From: Alloascoidea hylecoeti
Taxonomy: Eukaryota
Direction of reading: 5' to 3'
NCBI GenBank assembly: GCA_001600815.1
Contig: BCKZ01000010.1
Span: 389,527 to 453,526, forward strand
Length of the DNA stretch: 64,000 bases
The notes under the pieces are model-generated. The model was given only the letters and a program-made list of their open reading frames with translations, ran no database searches and was not told the DNA's origin. How positions within the stretch are numbered: the stretch's first letter is position 1; each line of letters starts with the position of its first letter. Positions 33,980-45,941 of this stretch are shown here, in pieces. The position numbers and the translations under genes are program-made.

Positions 33980-36256
33980 ATGTCTCTGTCTAAATGGCAG
34001 GATTCAAGCAAACCCCCTTCTCTAACAGATACAAATGATGGTGCGCATTTAGGATTAGATTCTGTATCCGTGGAACTAGAAAATAGAATCCGAAATAAAC
34101 AATCTATCACTTTTGGAAATAATACAGAAGATTCCAAAACTCAACCCACGACACATTTATCTAAAACACAACCACAGATTATATCAGCAAAAATGCCACA
34201 AATAATAGACTTAGAAGCCCAGATATCAACAAGTTTACCTCATGAACATTCTTATACAAATTATAGAAATGAAGATGGCTCTCTTCTGAAACGTGTTTAT
34301 CCACGCAATTCAATTAATAAAATGGGTGCAACAATAGAAAGGTGGACTTCAAATCTTCATCATTTAACTAATAATATAAACTGGCATGTATTTTCCAATC
34401 CAAATGTCTTGGGTACGACTTCTGAAATTTATTATTCCGTTTTTAAACCACCTCCTAATTTGATGCTCTCATATTCGGACCCGTATTCAGTTGATTCCGA
34501 ATTCAACAATAATGACTCAATAGTAACCCAAAATCAATTTAATTCAATCATAAATGATGTTATCTTTGCAATTGAAGAACTACATATAAAACCACAAAGA
34601 ATATCAGCTGGATCTTCTGGTTCATATTTCATTTATAATTCAAGCAATAAAATAGTTGGTGTTTTTAAACCAAAAGATGAAGAACCTTATGGCCCATTAA
34701 GTCCAAAATGGACTAAATGGATTCATCGAAATCTATTTCCCTGTTTTTTTGGTAGAAGTTGTCTTATACCAAATCTTGGTTATATTTGTGAATCCGCCTC
34801 AAGTTTATTAGATAGGCAACTGAAAACTTTTATAATACCATACACTGATACAGTTTTTTTATCAAGTGATAATTTCTACTATAACTTTTGGGATAGATTA
34901 GAGATGAAAATGCATTCAAGGAATAGAAAATTACCTGCAAAAGTTGGTAGTTTTCAGTTATTTTTAAATGATTATGTCGGTGCTGATGTTTTCTTAAGAA
35001 AGTATCCTTTACCTGTCGATTTACAATCTAATCGGTATAGCGATATTTCTCCTGATTTAATAGATTTAGAAGATGATGAGGATTTTACGGATACAAATGG
35101 GAATCCTGTATTTAAATGGACACCGAAAGTTCTTCAACAATTCAGAGAAGAAGTTGAAAAATTGGTAATATTAGATTATATTATGAGAAATACCGATCGT
35201 GGCCTTGATAATTGGATGCTTAAAATTGAATGGAAAAAAATCAATAATAAATTAAAACCAATCATCAAATTGGGTGCAATTGATTCCGGATTATCATGGC
35301 CATGGAAACATCCGGATGAATGGCGTTCATATCCATTTGGTTGGTTATTTTTACCATTATCGATTATTGGCCAACCATTTTCTCAAAATTCACGTAATCA
35401 TTTCTTACCATTATTATGTTCCTCAAAATGGTGGGAAGAAAGTAGTTTATTATTTCGTGAAATGTTTAGTCGTGATTCAGAATTTAAAGAAAGAATGTGG
35501 AGAAGGCAATTAGCTGTTTTGAAAGGCCAAGCATTTAATGTTGTTGAAACTTTAAAGAGCTATGAGCAAGGACCATTAGAATTAGCAAGAAGAACAAGAG
35601 TTATGATTTGGGATGATTTTATGGACATACCTGTTCATATACCATTACATGATATGTCGAATGCTATTAATACTCCATTGGACTTTAATGAGGAGTTTGA
35701 TTCAGTTCATAGGGAAAACGCACCTGAGCAGCCAATTACGACCGATGAAAATGATAATATTACTAGCAATAATACATTAAAAGTATCTAAAGGTAAACCA
35801 TCACCAAATATGAAACAACATGGGTTCAACACAAGCCCAAAATCACCATCAAGAGCAAGAGCAAGGGCATCATCATCATCATCACATCGTATTGGAAAAC
35901 GTCCCAAAAAACCAAGAAAAAGTAGTGGTAGTTCATTAACTTTAGAAGCAAGATATAGAGATTTGGAATCAAATAGGCAAAAATCTCAAGAATTAATTGG
36001 TATTTGGCCTGAACTTATCGCAGAAACTCCAAATCCGAAGACAAAAAATAAAAATAAAAATAAAAAGAAAAAGTTTTTAAATATAAATATCAATGAAAAT
36101 AGTGACGAAGAATATAATACTTTATTGGCTGAACATCATAACAATAATGATGTTGGATTTATGTTTGCCGAAGAAACTGAATCTGCCTCGAAAAGAGTTA
36201 TTGTTGAAAGAATACAAACAGTTACTTCAAAACCACCTGTATTCACTTGGTTTTAA
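33980..36256 (+). CDS. LSB6: Type II phosphatidylinositol 4-kinase
   Basis: PQRISAGSSGSYF, VFKPKDEEPYG, PCFFGRSCLIPN, LDYIMRNTDRGLDNW, KHPDEWRSYPFGW, C-terminal PVFTWF. Confidence 0.96.
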   Translation: MSLSKWQDSSKPPSLTDTNDGAHLGLDSVSVELENRIRNKQSITFGNNTEDSKTQPTTHLSKTQPQIISAKMPQIIDLEAQISTSLPHEHSYTNYRNEDGSLLKRVYPRNSINKMGATIERWTSNLHHLTNNINWHVFSNPNVLGTTSEIYYSVFKPPPNLMLSYSDPYSVDSEFNNNDSIVTQNQFNSIINDVIFAIEELHIKPQRISAGSSGSYFIYNSSNKIVGVFKPKDEEPYGPLSPKWTKWIHRNLFPCFFGRSCLIPNLGYICESASSLLDRQLKTFIIPYTDTVFLSSDNFYYNFWDRLEMKMHSRNRKLPAKVGSFQLFLNDYVGADVFLRKYPLPVDLQSNRYSDISPDLIDLEDDEDFTDTNGNPVFKWTPKVLQQFREEVEKLVILDYIMRNTDRGLDNWMLKIEWKKINNKLKPIIKLGAIDSGLSWPWKHPDEWRSYPFGWLFLPLSIIGQPFSQNSRNHFLPLLCSSKWWEESSLLFREMFSRDSEFKERMWRRQLAVLKGQAFNVVETLKSYEQGPLELARRTRVMIWDDFMDIPVHIPLHDMSNAINTPLDFNEEFDSVHRENAPEQPITTDENDNITSNNTLKVSKGKPSPNMKQHGFNTSPKSPSRARARASSSSSHRIGKRPKKPRKSSGSSLTLEARYRDLESNRQKSQELIGIWPELIAETPNPKTKNKNKNKKKKFLNININENSDEEYNTLLAEHHNNNDVGFMFAEETESASKRVIVERIQTVTSKPPVFTWF

Positions 36257-37577
36257 AATATCATAATATACATGTACAACTATATTATCATGTTGTAAGC
36301 AATGACGAATTAGAAATGAGGAGAAGAAAAGGCATATATCCCATTGCTAGAAATTAGCCATGTGAAATTTTATAGGAAAAAGAGTTAGATAATACATAGT
36401 ATGTATCCTCAATTATGAAACTACAGGTAGTACTCTATAGTTATCAAAAATATTGGTCTAATATATATCTATTTCCACAGTATAATTAAACTGATTATAT
36501 GTGTTGCGACTCCACAAATATCAAAATACTTTGAATTATCCTGAAATGAGACGTCTTGTTGATAATTATAAATCAAGAGAAGGAGTTGTGAGGATAAACT
36601 TGAAAACACAGTGATTCCACTTAATTTAGTCCATATTTCGTACTAGTTATCGGATATATACATGATTGGTTTTCGGCTAGATTTGGATCCGAAGTTGCTC
36701 CTGCGGTAATAATACGGGCGATAATGGAGAAATGGATATTATAGTTCAATTATGAGGTAAGCATGTAAGATCAGATTTAGAATAGTGTATGATAGATCTA
36801 TTTACTAGGACAAGTTCTAGGTTTTGGTATTTTATTTTAAAAAAATGGATAAACTGTAGGGTGAATGGCGATCAGAAAATCATCTTGAAGTTTCATGCCT
36901 GTAGAATATATATTTTAAAATACTTAAAGATTTTGAAAGTTTAAAAACTGCATCTACCATTATCACATTGTTAGGGTCGCGTTTCAAAACATACTCCTTT
37001 TTGTATTTTTGTTATATTATTAATAAATCAATGATAGTTGCAGTTTTTAGAATTTTAGGGTTTTTGGATTTTCCAGTCATATAGAGAGACCTTTACAAAC
37101 TCCCAAAAGGTATAGTATGAATGATCATCTATGATGCGATCAGGTCATTAAAATTTAGATAGTTCAATGGTATAATAAATGTAAGGTTGAGCTCATAGAT
37201 ACTAAATATTATGGATAATTAATATTATGAAAGCCACAAAACCCCAGAACCCCAAAATTCAATCGGTGCCCGAACTTTAAATTTAAGAACAAGCTTTTAT
37301 AGATAGAGTTAAGCCCCGATTGCTTGTTCCTATGCTTTAATATTGATTGTTCAACTTTGGAATTGATGCATATCAAAAATGGGAAATGCAGTAATATCAT
37401 TAAGTATTAAAAAAGAATATTAACTATTTTATTATCAAATGATGAAATATTCAAAAGATAACAATATCAACCACAAAATCGTTTAAAGATTAAATATAAA
37501 TAAACACAATCTATCCATACACTTTTTTTTCGTTCATATTATTCAGACAACAGTCATAATTAATATTAAAGTTAGAA

Positions 37578-38882
37578 ATGAAAATAAATATTTTATTAGC
37601 GGCTGCTCTCAGTTCAGTTGGAAGTGTTTTGGGTGGTGTTTATCATGTTGATGTTCGAAACAACATTGAACAAACAACTAGCAAATTTACAGAGGTTACT
37701 GATTGGGCTGAATATTTGCATTATAGTGCTAAAATTACTAAATTAAAATATACTCCTTCAGAGTACTATGATGATGATGATTATGAACTATTGAATTTAA
37801 TTAGCTTAACAGAAGCGGAATCCATTTCAGCTTCAGATTCCTCCACTTCTGCTACAACGGCCAGCTTATCGACTAGTCCTATATTTGATGTTCTTAACGG
37901 TTATTACTTTTCTACTATTACTGTTGGTACTCCTCCACAAATATTCACAGTTGCATTGGATACCGGATCTTCTAATTTGTGGGTTCCAGGAAAAACATGT
38001 AATTCATCTGCCTGTCTCCATCATAACAGATATGACAAGGACCGATCCACTACCTATGTAAAGAATGGAACAGACTTTGCCATTCGATATATCAGTGGTT
38101 CAATGGAAGGTATTATTGATCAGGATGTGGTAAATATTGCTGGGGTGGCCATTCCAAATCAAGGTTTTGCAGAATCTATTGTGGAACCTGGTCCATCTCT
38201 TACTGTTATTTTATACGATGGAATTCTTGGTCTTGGTTTTGAAGCTGCTGCATTGGGAGTTGTTCCTCCACATGTTAATGCCTTTAATCAAGGGTTACTT
38301 ACTGAAAGTAAATTTGCATTTGCTTTTAATGACATTTATAAAGATGGATTATTATCTGAAGGTAGTTTTTCATTTGGAGGTTATGATGAAACAAAGTATA
38401 CAGGAGATCTAGTAGAAATCCCAGTTCAAAAAGCTCCTTACATTAATGAATACATTTATTGGCAAGTCGAACTTCAAGGTGTAAGCGTCCCCGGTTTGAA
38501 TTTAGATTACACTAATGAGCCATTAGCCGCTGCTGTTGATACTGGAAGTGCAGGATTGGTTTTACCACAAGAAATATCAATTCCTCTTCACGAAAAGCTT
38601 GGTTTTACTCTCATAACCGAACCTTATCCTCTTAATGTTATCAATTGCACATTGATTTCAGGGTTGCCTGATATCAGTTTTAAATTAGGAGGCAAGGAAT
38701 TGACTATATCACCAAAAAGTTACACCTTTAATATACTTGATCAAGTTTGTATTTCTGCAATTATTGGTGTGCCAAATGTAGCAGGTCTTAAAATTGCTGT
38801 TCTTGGTGACGCTTTTCTCCGTAATTATTATTCAATTTATGATTGGGAAAAAAAGACTATTAGTTTAGGACAGAGGAGTTGA
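37578..38882 (+). CDS. Pep4/cathepsin D-like aspartic protease, divergent paralogue
   Basis: Signal peptide; GTPPQ.F.V.LDTGSSNLWVP, C.S.AC..H.RYD, KNGTDFAIRY, DGILGLGF, second Asp in VDTGSA, LGDAFLRNYYSIYD. Confidence 0.9.
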   Translation: MKINILLAAALSSVGSVLGGVYHVDVRNNIEQTTSKFTEVTDWAEYLHYSAKITKLKYTPSEYYDDDDYELLNLISLTEAESISASDSSTSATTASLSTSPIFDVLNGYYFSTITVGTPPQIFTVALDTGSSNLWVPGKTCNSSACLHHNRYDKDRSTTYVKNGTDFAIRYISGSMEGIIDQDVVNIAGVAIPNQGFAESIVEPGPSLTVILYDGILGLGFEAAALGVVPPHVNAFNQGLLTESKFAFAFNDIYKDGLLSEGSFSFGGYDETKYTGDLVEIPVQKAPYINEYIYWQVELQGVSVPGLNLDYTNEPLAAAVDTGSAGLVLPQEISIPLHEKLGFTLITEPYPLNVINCTLISGLPDISFKLGGKELTISPKSYTFNILDQVCISAIIGVPNVAGLKIAVLGDAFLRNYYSIYDWEKKTISLGQRS

Positions 38883-40107
38883 TAAAGTTAATAAGTGTGA
38901 GGTACTCCTTTGATTTCCATTTTTACAACCCATATTATTTGTTGTATATTTCTTCTAATTTAATTATTTTTTAATTTCTTGTACTAAATGTCTTTTAATT
39001 TTGTCCTAATGATATAAATTAATAATCTTTCTTTTTAACTTTATTATTGTAATTGATAAAGGGGTTTCTGAATCTTGAGCACGATCACTATAGGGTTATT
39101 TGCAAATGATTAGTGGTAGTGGTTTTTCCTTTTCCTATGTTCAATGTCTGACCAGTGACTACTCTTGGTGCTAACGTTTCTCTTAAACCCCTGTGATTTT
39201 CATCACCAAAGCACCTGTAATTCGTAGTGGGCTACTGTAGTGAGAATGGAATGTTAATGAGTTCTTAGGTGAAGGATTAATTCATGGTTCTATTTTAGTA
39301 TGCCAAAAACATATAAATTGGATGAGCTCCTGGCTGTGGCTATGATCAAGTTGGTATAATGTGCTTATATGGTCATATGAATGCATTAATTGCAGTTGCA
39401 ACATTTAATAGTTGCAGTAAAATGATTGACAGCTGGTATAAAGGATAAACATTTTTTTACCTCTTTTAAATTCTATAAAAGAATATTCATTTTCACCCAT
39501 TTTTTTTATTTTTATACAAAGGATGAAATGTTTAATACTGGTATTATTAACTATATTATTAACTTGCTAAAAAGAAATCAGGTACATGTATATTCATATT
39601 TATTTTATATCGACTAGCAGTATTTAATTCGGAAATCAAGCACATTTCATAGATAAAAACCCGAATACTATCGAAAAGAGTACAGACTAAGTAGTAGATA
39701 AAAGAATACAAAACAGAATTGGTAGGAATGTTAAATACCGAACAATCGAAATCGAAAGATCATTCATACAAAAATCACCCGAGAACATGTGAAGATATCC
39801 AAAAGTGTTAACCTTCATGATCATGATCTTGGAACAAATTCAAGAGTTGACATCAAATGTACTAAGATTAGAAGATTTCGGGCCTCCACGGGCCCACTGA
39901 CCTGAAGACCCAAATACCTAAATACAGACTTGTGGAGAAGCCCCGGGTGTGCCATAGCTAATTGCAGAAAATAATCTGGTGGTTTGTAATTATCGTATAT
40001 CGCAGGCCAATTATATAATTATACCGTTTATTGGGTTTGTACTTGCAAATTTTCTGTTTTCCTCTTTTTTCCATTTTCCTCAGAGTTTTTTTATTTGTAT
40101 TATTTGT

Positions 40108-41605
40108 ATGGATAACGTTGATATCGACCTGTTCTCTTTTTTGGAAGACCAACCGCCTTTGTGCTCTCCAGACCTTCTTGGGCACTCCCATTCCGCAAAT
40201 GACACCATCGTAACACCCTCCAATCGTCTCCATGAATATTTGGCTGACACTAAGACTCTGGATCAATTGCATTTGCAACCTCCAAAACCAGACCCGAGAC
40301 CTGCTTCTCTGTCTGATGAGCCCGACTTACTTTTGGCTCAAAGATACTCCATTTCTGACATTTCACCAAATCTGAACTCAGACGTTTCTGAGGAGGCCTG
40401 CTACATTCTCAAAAGTGTTCCATACTCTTCTTCAATGGCCGCTATCCCAACTATGGAATCTACAATGCACAAGGATCTGTGTAACACCACTTCTCAAACG
40501 ACGGAAAATAATCTTCCTGTTTCGAATGAGAACGATATCAACCATCTTCGTCCCATCTTCAAACCCTCTTATTTAGCAATGAAAGATCGATATCGAAGAG
40601 CTTCTTTTACAACCGAAAATGATTATGAAAATGCTCATGATTCAAGTGTTTTATTAGCCTATAATGATTTAATCGATTGCAATCGACCACATTCAAATTC
40701 TTTTTCTTATAATAATTGTACATGCACATGCAATTGCAATTTAAATTTATCATCATCAATTACAAATTTAACAGTTAATCCTGAAATAATCTCTGCTTCT
40801 TCTACAATTAATGAAAAACCTCCATCATCTCCGATCTTAACAAAATTCGATTTTACATATAATGATGAAATTTCAAAAGTTATATCAATGAGTGAACCCC
40901 CAAAAATTAGAATGAAGATGAAAATGAAAATGAAATCAAAAAATAAAAAAAGATTCATTAGACAGCACCACATGCATATACATGAACTTAAAACTGATGA
41001 TATTATAACCGATGTTAATATTGATCCTCTTGATTCATCAAGTGACTATGATATGTTATCGGATATTGATACGGATATTGATCAAAATCGAAAAACACCT
41101 TCTACAACTACTGATTTAGATTTATTTAGAAGACAACGAAATCGTAATTATAAACATCAACATTCAAATTACATGTCATTATTTAAATCAAATGAAAGCA
41201 AATGTCTTAATTATAATGATGGTGATAAGAGGTTTCCAAAAAAAAGGTCACGTTCACAGCCTATTAATAGCTTTAAGCCAACGAGTATATCAATGTCAAA
41301 ATCTTCATCTTTAATTAATTTAACTACACATCTTCACAAAAATACAAATAAAAATATTAATCAATTGCAAGGTGACACAGATGATGAGGATGACGATTCG
41401 AACTCCGATTCATATACGAGATCTAGATCCTCCTCCTGTTCGAATTCACAATCTTATAGATATGAACTTTCATCATTATCACTAGAAAAACAAAATGATC
41501 AATCTAGGATCACACCACCACGGTATTCCAGGACAACTACATCATCATCATCATCATCGTCATCATCAATATCTTCATCATCATCCTCTTTATCAACAAC
41601 AACAG

Positions 41606-41645
<40 letters not shown>

Positions 41646-41925
41646 TAATTTTATTAGGAATGATAACCACATGAATTCATATTCACGATCAACAACTGGA
41701 ATAGGTAAACCAAGAAGAGGACGTAAACCAACAATCACTGAAGATTCATCAAAAACTTTTATTTGTAGTTTTTGCTCACGACGTTTTAGAAGACAAGAAC
41801 ATTTAAAAAGGCATTATAGATCATTACATACTGATGATAAACCTTTTGGCTGTACTGTTTGTGGGAAAAGATTTTCAAGAAGTGATAATTTAACACAACA
41901 TATGAGGACTCGTGGACATAGATGA
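40108..41925 (+). CDS. C2H2 transcription factor, Com2/Mnl1/Seb1 (Msn2-related) type
   Basis: First ATG 40108; [47 protein letters not shown]; long Ser tracts from (TCA)n at ~41540-41643. Confidence 0.9.
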
Positions 41926-43555
41926 TCATATAATTATAAATTATAATAATTATTTATAATGTAACATGAAATTAAAAAAAAATAAAATCAAAAAAAAAAA
42001 AAAAAAAAGAATCATCATGAAAATTTATCTTATCTTAAAGAATATAAAACAATTTTTTAAATTTGGATGTTATGGAAATTGGATTTTTTCTTTTTATTAT
42101 TGATATTATCAATTTTTCATATTAAATCTAAATTCAGATTTAAAACCAAATTTAAAACCAAATAAGGTAAAATTCAAGACACATTAATTAACTGTTTTTA
42201 AGTGTGTGTGTACCTGGATTCTTTGTTCTAATCAACTAACTTAGGCTTATCTATGACTTAAATTCATAATTATAAAGCAATACATTATATCGTCGCCCAA
42301 ATATTAATTAAGTGGGGTTTCGAAAAATCAACTACGAAGAATCAGTTATATGATTCATCATGAAAGTTTTTGGTTCACTTCATTACTCTTATATCCAATT
42401 CCAATTCCAACTACAATATTTATATTTATATTATTTATTTTTCTTATTCGTTTATATTTTCTTATATTCCTGTATATTCAATGGTCCTTCTTTTTCCATA
42501 TATTCTTCTATTAATTACTATTATTATTAAAATTATATTCTTCATTTTTATTTATATGCATTCTTTTATCGGTTAATTAAATTTAAGGTTATTATTTATT
42601 ATTATTGAAATCAATTGCAATATATTAATTATTGTAAGTATATTTATTTCCTCTTTCTATCTTTCCTATTTTTTTTTCTGATTCACTTTTTATCATTTTC
42701 AATTTGTTCTAAATTCCCACCCTATATTTTGAACAAAATTTTGATTTTATAATATTATACGTATATAAACATAATAGCCTTCAAAATTCAAATATAAGCT
42801 TAATTAAGCTTTCCTAAGCTGTAAACTAAAATTAAATATAAGCTATTTACTGTTAAAATTAATTATAACTAGCATTAGCGTTCACGTGTAAATGCCCATA
42901 TATTATTAGGTCAGGAATTGACCTTATGATTTTTTGTTATAATGAATATTTAGTCCACTTAAATATTAAAACCAAAACCATATATGATTCAAATATAGGA
43001 TATAGCTATAGTGATTCAGTAAGTATGAAAACAATATGGTAAAAACATGAATCGGTGAATATGTAGTAGCGAACGCGGAATAAATCGGAGATAATACCCG
43101 AATCCTAACATGAATCGATTACTATTGCGATTGGTAAACAACATTCAGCACAATAGATTTGAATGCCAAATTAGTTAATTGTTACAAAGTACTAAAGTAG
43201 TCATGATCATCTAGAGAACAATATGAAAATTTTCTATTTTGTGACCTCGAACTGTCACATCTATATTTAAATCTTTAATCATGATATCCCTAGTTTAACA
43301 TTAATACTACTTCTTAATGTTCCACCGAAGCCAGCCCAAGATGACTCCCTCTTTCTCGGGTTAGCTTTCATCCGTCGATCTCAGACATAAAAATAATAAC
43401 AGGGACCATAGGGCTTCAAAATTATTTAAAAACCCCATATTTTGTCTCATTAAAGTTCTTTTCTCCACATTAAAGATTGATATAAAATTTTAATTATATT
43501 TAATTTTTAAAATTATCGCTTGAAGTTGAAACTGAAACTGAAACTGAAATTGAAA

Positions 43556-44326
43556 ATGGTTGGATTACTCGAAGGAAAAGTTGTTGCCATTACTGGTGCC
43601 ACTCATGGTATTGGCTATGCCATTGCATTAGATATGGCGAAACAAGGTGCCAAAGTTGCAATTAATCATTTAGGAGGTCCATCTGATTATGAAATTGTTG
43701 AAGAAATGACAAAAATTATAGGTGCTGATAAATTTTTAGCAATTGCTGGTGATATTTCTCTCCCAGAAACTGGACCACATCTTATTGATGAAACAGTTAA
43801 GAAATTTGGTGAAATAAATGTATTTGTGTCTAATGCAGGTATTTGTCCATTTTATGGATTTGTAGAAATGCCAATTGAAGTTTATCAAAGAACTAGAGCT
43901 ACAAATTTGGATGGTTGTTGGTATACAACTCAAGCAGCTGCTAGACAAATGAAAAAACAAGGAAAAGGTGGAAGTATCATTGGTGTTTCAAGTATTTCAG
44001 CTCTGGTTGGTGGTGCTGAACAATGCCATTATACCCCAACAAAAGCTGGTATTCTATCTCTTATGCAATCAACCGCCTGTGCCATGGGAAAGTATGGAAT
44101 CAGAGCAAATGCTCTTCTCCCGGGAACAATTGAAACAAATATTAATAAAGACGATTTAAGCGATCCAAAGAAGAGAAATTACATGATTAGTAGAACTCCA
44201 TTAGGCAGATTGGGTATTCCCGATGATCTTTCTGGTCCTGCTATATTTTTGGCTTCCGATTTATCAAAGTATGTTACTGGAGCACAAATTTTGGTAGATG
44301 GTGGAATGTTTGTCAATTTACAATAA
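43556..44326 (+). CDS. LRA1: L-rhamnose 1-dehydrogenase (SDR)
   Basis: ATG 43556 (MVGLLEGKVVAITG); GDISLPETG, FGEINVFVSNAG, SSISALVGG..Q.HYTPTKAGILSLMQSTACA, VDGG.FVNLQ, as in Scheffersomyces Lra1/Rha1. Confidence 0.9.
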   Translation: MVGLLEGKVVAITGATHGIGYAIALDMAKQGAKVAINHLGGPSDYEIVEEMTKIIGADKFLAIAGDISLPETGPHLIDETVKKFGEINVFVSNAGICPFYGFVEMPIEVYQRTRATNLDGCWYTTQAAARQMKKQGKGGSIIGVSSISALVGGAEQCHYTPTKAGILSLMQSTACAMGKYGIRANALLPGTIETNINKDDLSDPKKRNYMISRTPLGRLGIPDDLSGPAIFLASDLSKYVTGAQILVDGGMFVNLQ

Positions 44327-44906
44327 ACAGTTAGCCATATGTGAACGAATGATTCTATCTTTTACAAATATTCTTGTTTTAATTATTTTTTATTATGCCA
44401 ACAAAAATATATAATTACCAGTTATTAATGAAATTAATTTAAATCTTTTTAATAGATATCGTAGCGTTCTAGTCATCACAAAGTGTAGTCTTAGTTTTCG
44501 TCACCTGAGTGAAGTGGAGAATGAGTGAGGCTCAGGGTCTCCATTGTGTACTGGTATCACTTCCTATAGGTTTGCCGAAATTGTACAACTCGGTAGCGAA
44601 AATTACAAATATGTTAGGCGAGCATTCTATGACATTTATTACCAATTATTGAACAACTGATCATCGAATTTTCACTTACCAATATTCATGAATAATACAT
44701 ATATAAACGTCAGATTTGGCCATTAAAAAACCTAAGAAAACAGAGGTTGGAGTTGGTCCAAGAGCAAAGCTCGATATCACCGAGTAACCATCGTCTCAAA
44801 AAAGGAAATTTTGGCAAAAATAAAATAAAAAAAAATATTGTATATTTATACCTAGCAACAAAAATTGCGAATAAATTCTTATGATATAATAAATAATTAT
44901 AGAATC

Positions 44907-45941
44907 TCAAATATACTGAATCCTTTTCCCATATCTTACAAAAGGGTGATTTTTTGATTTTTCAAGTCCTTCAAATCCTTCAAGAATTAAAGTTTCAATC
45001 TGGTCTCCCAAGTATGGAATTTTTAATGATTTTGCTACTATACCTACTATAATACCGGCTTCTTTAGGTGTTTTGATAGAAATATTCTTCAAATTATTAT
45101 TACAATTTCCTAATAATAACTCCAACCTTCTTGAAAATTCCCTAAAATCTAACTGATAAGATTGTGAATGTTTGATCATTAAACTCTCAAAAGCAAAATG
45201 ATAATTATTATTATTGTTATTGTTAATATTAATTTGAGTATTAGCGGCTTCAGAATCAATTTCACAATCTATTGAGTTAAAAGTCAAGATTTTTGTTATA
45301 ATATTAGATGATAAAAAATTACAACTAATTTTAAATCCATTTAACTCCAACCCATTCAAATTAGGAAATAAATCTAAAAATTTCATTGGAATATTATCTA
45401 ATGAAGGCTCGTTTTGATTGAATGTATAAGCAAACCCCCATGGCACTTGTTCAACTTCACCATGATTAGAAATTAAATTTGATTCCTCACCACTATCCAC
45501 ATACTTTTTGATAGAACTTAAACAAATATTTTCCACTGATTGGACATGTTGATTTTTAAGATTCTCAAAATCTAATTCATCTAAAATATTAAATGAATTG
45601 GTTGTTTGTAGATCATTTTTGATTGATATTTTCAATGTATTGATCATGGGGCAAATTTCCAAGACTTTAAATATTAACTTCAAATCATTTGAATTGATTG
45701 TTTGGAGTGAAAACTGATAATAAATGACCCTTATAAAGTTCCCCACTCGTTTCAAAAAATTCCCATTATCAACATCTAATAATTCTTTTATATTGCGGTT
45801 ATGATCCACTGTTATATCATAGAAAGTAATCGGTTCTAGTATTGAATGAAGATTTCTGGAAGCGGCTCTAAGACTCAGAAGATCACTTTTATGTAAATGT
45901 TTTGATATTTCTAAAACTAGTTCTGGTGGAATATTTAACAT
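44907..45941 (-). CDS. F-box protein with degenerate LRR-like C-terminus
   Basis: ATG 45941; MLNIPPELVLEISKHLHKSDLLSLRAASRNL is an F-box signature; CPMINTLKI, FPNLNGLEL, NNLKNISI repeats. Confidence 0.8.
   Translation of the reverse strand: MLNIPPELVLEISKHLHKSDLLSLRAASRNLHSILEPITFYDITVDHNRNIKELLDVDNGNFLKRVGNFIRVIYYQFSLQTINSNDLKLIFKVLEICPMINTLKISIKNDLQTTNSFNILDELDFENLKNQHVQSVENICLSSIKKYVDSGEESNLISNHGEVEQVPWGFAYTFNQNEPSLDNIPMKFLDLFPNLNGLELNGFKISCNFLSSNIITKILTFNSIDCEIDSEAANTQININNNNNNNYHFAFESLMIKHSQSYQLDFREFSRRLELLLGNCNNNLKNISIKTPKEAGIIVGIVAKSLKIPYLGDQIETLILEGFEGLEKSKNHPFVRYGKRIQYI

Noticed and set aside
41499..41738. Poly-Asp ORF on the minus strand
   Set aside because: Antisense of the (TCA)n poly-Ser tract of the C2H2 gene.
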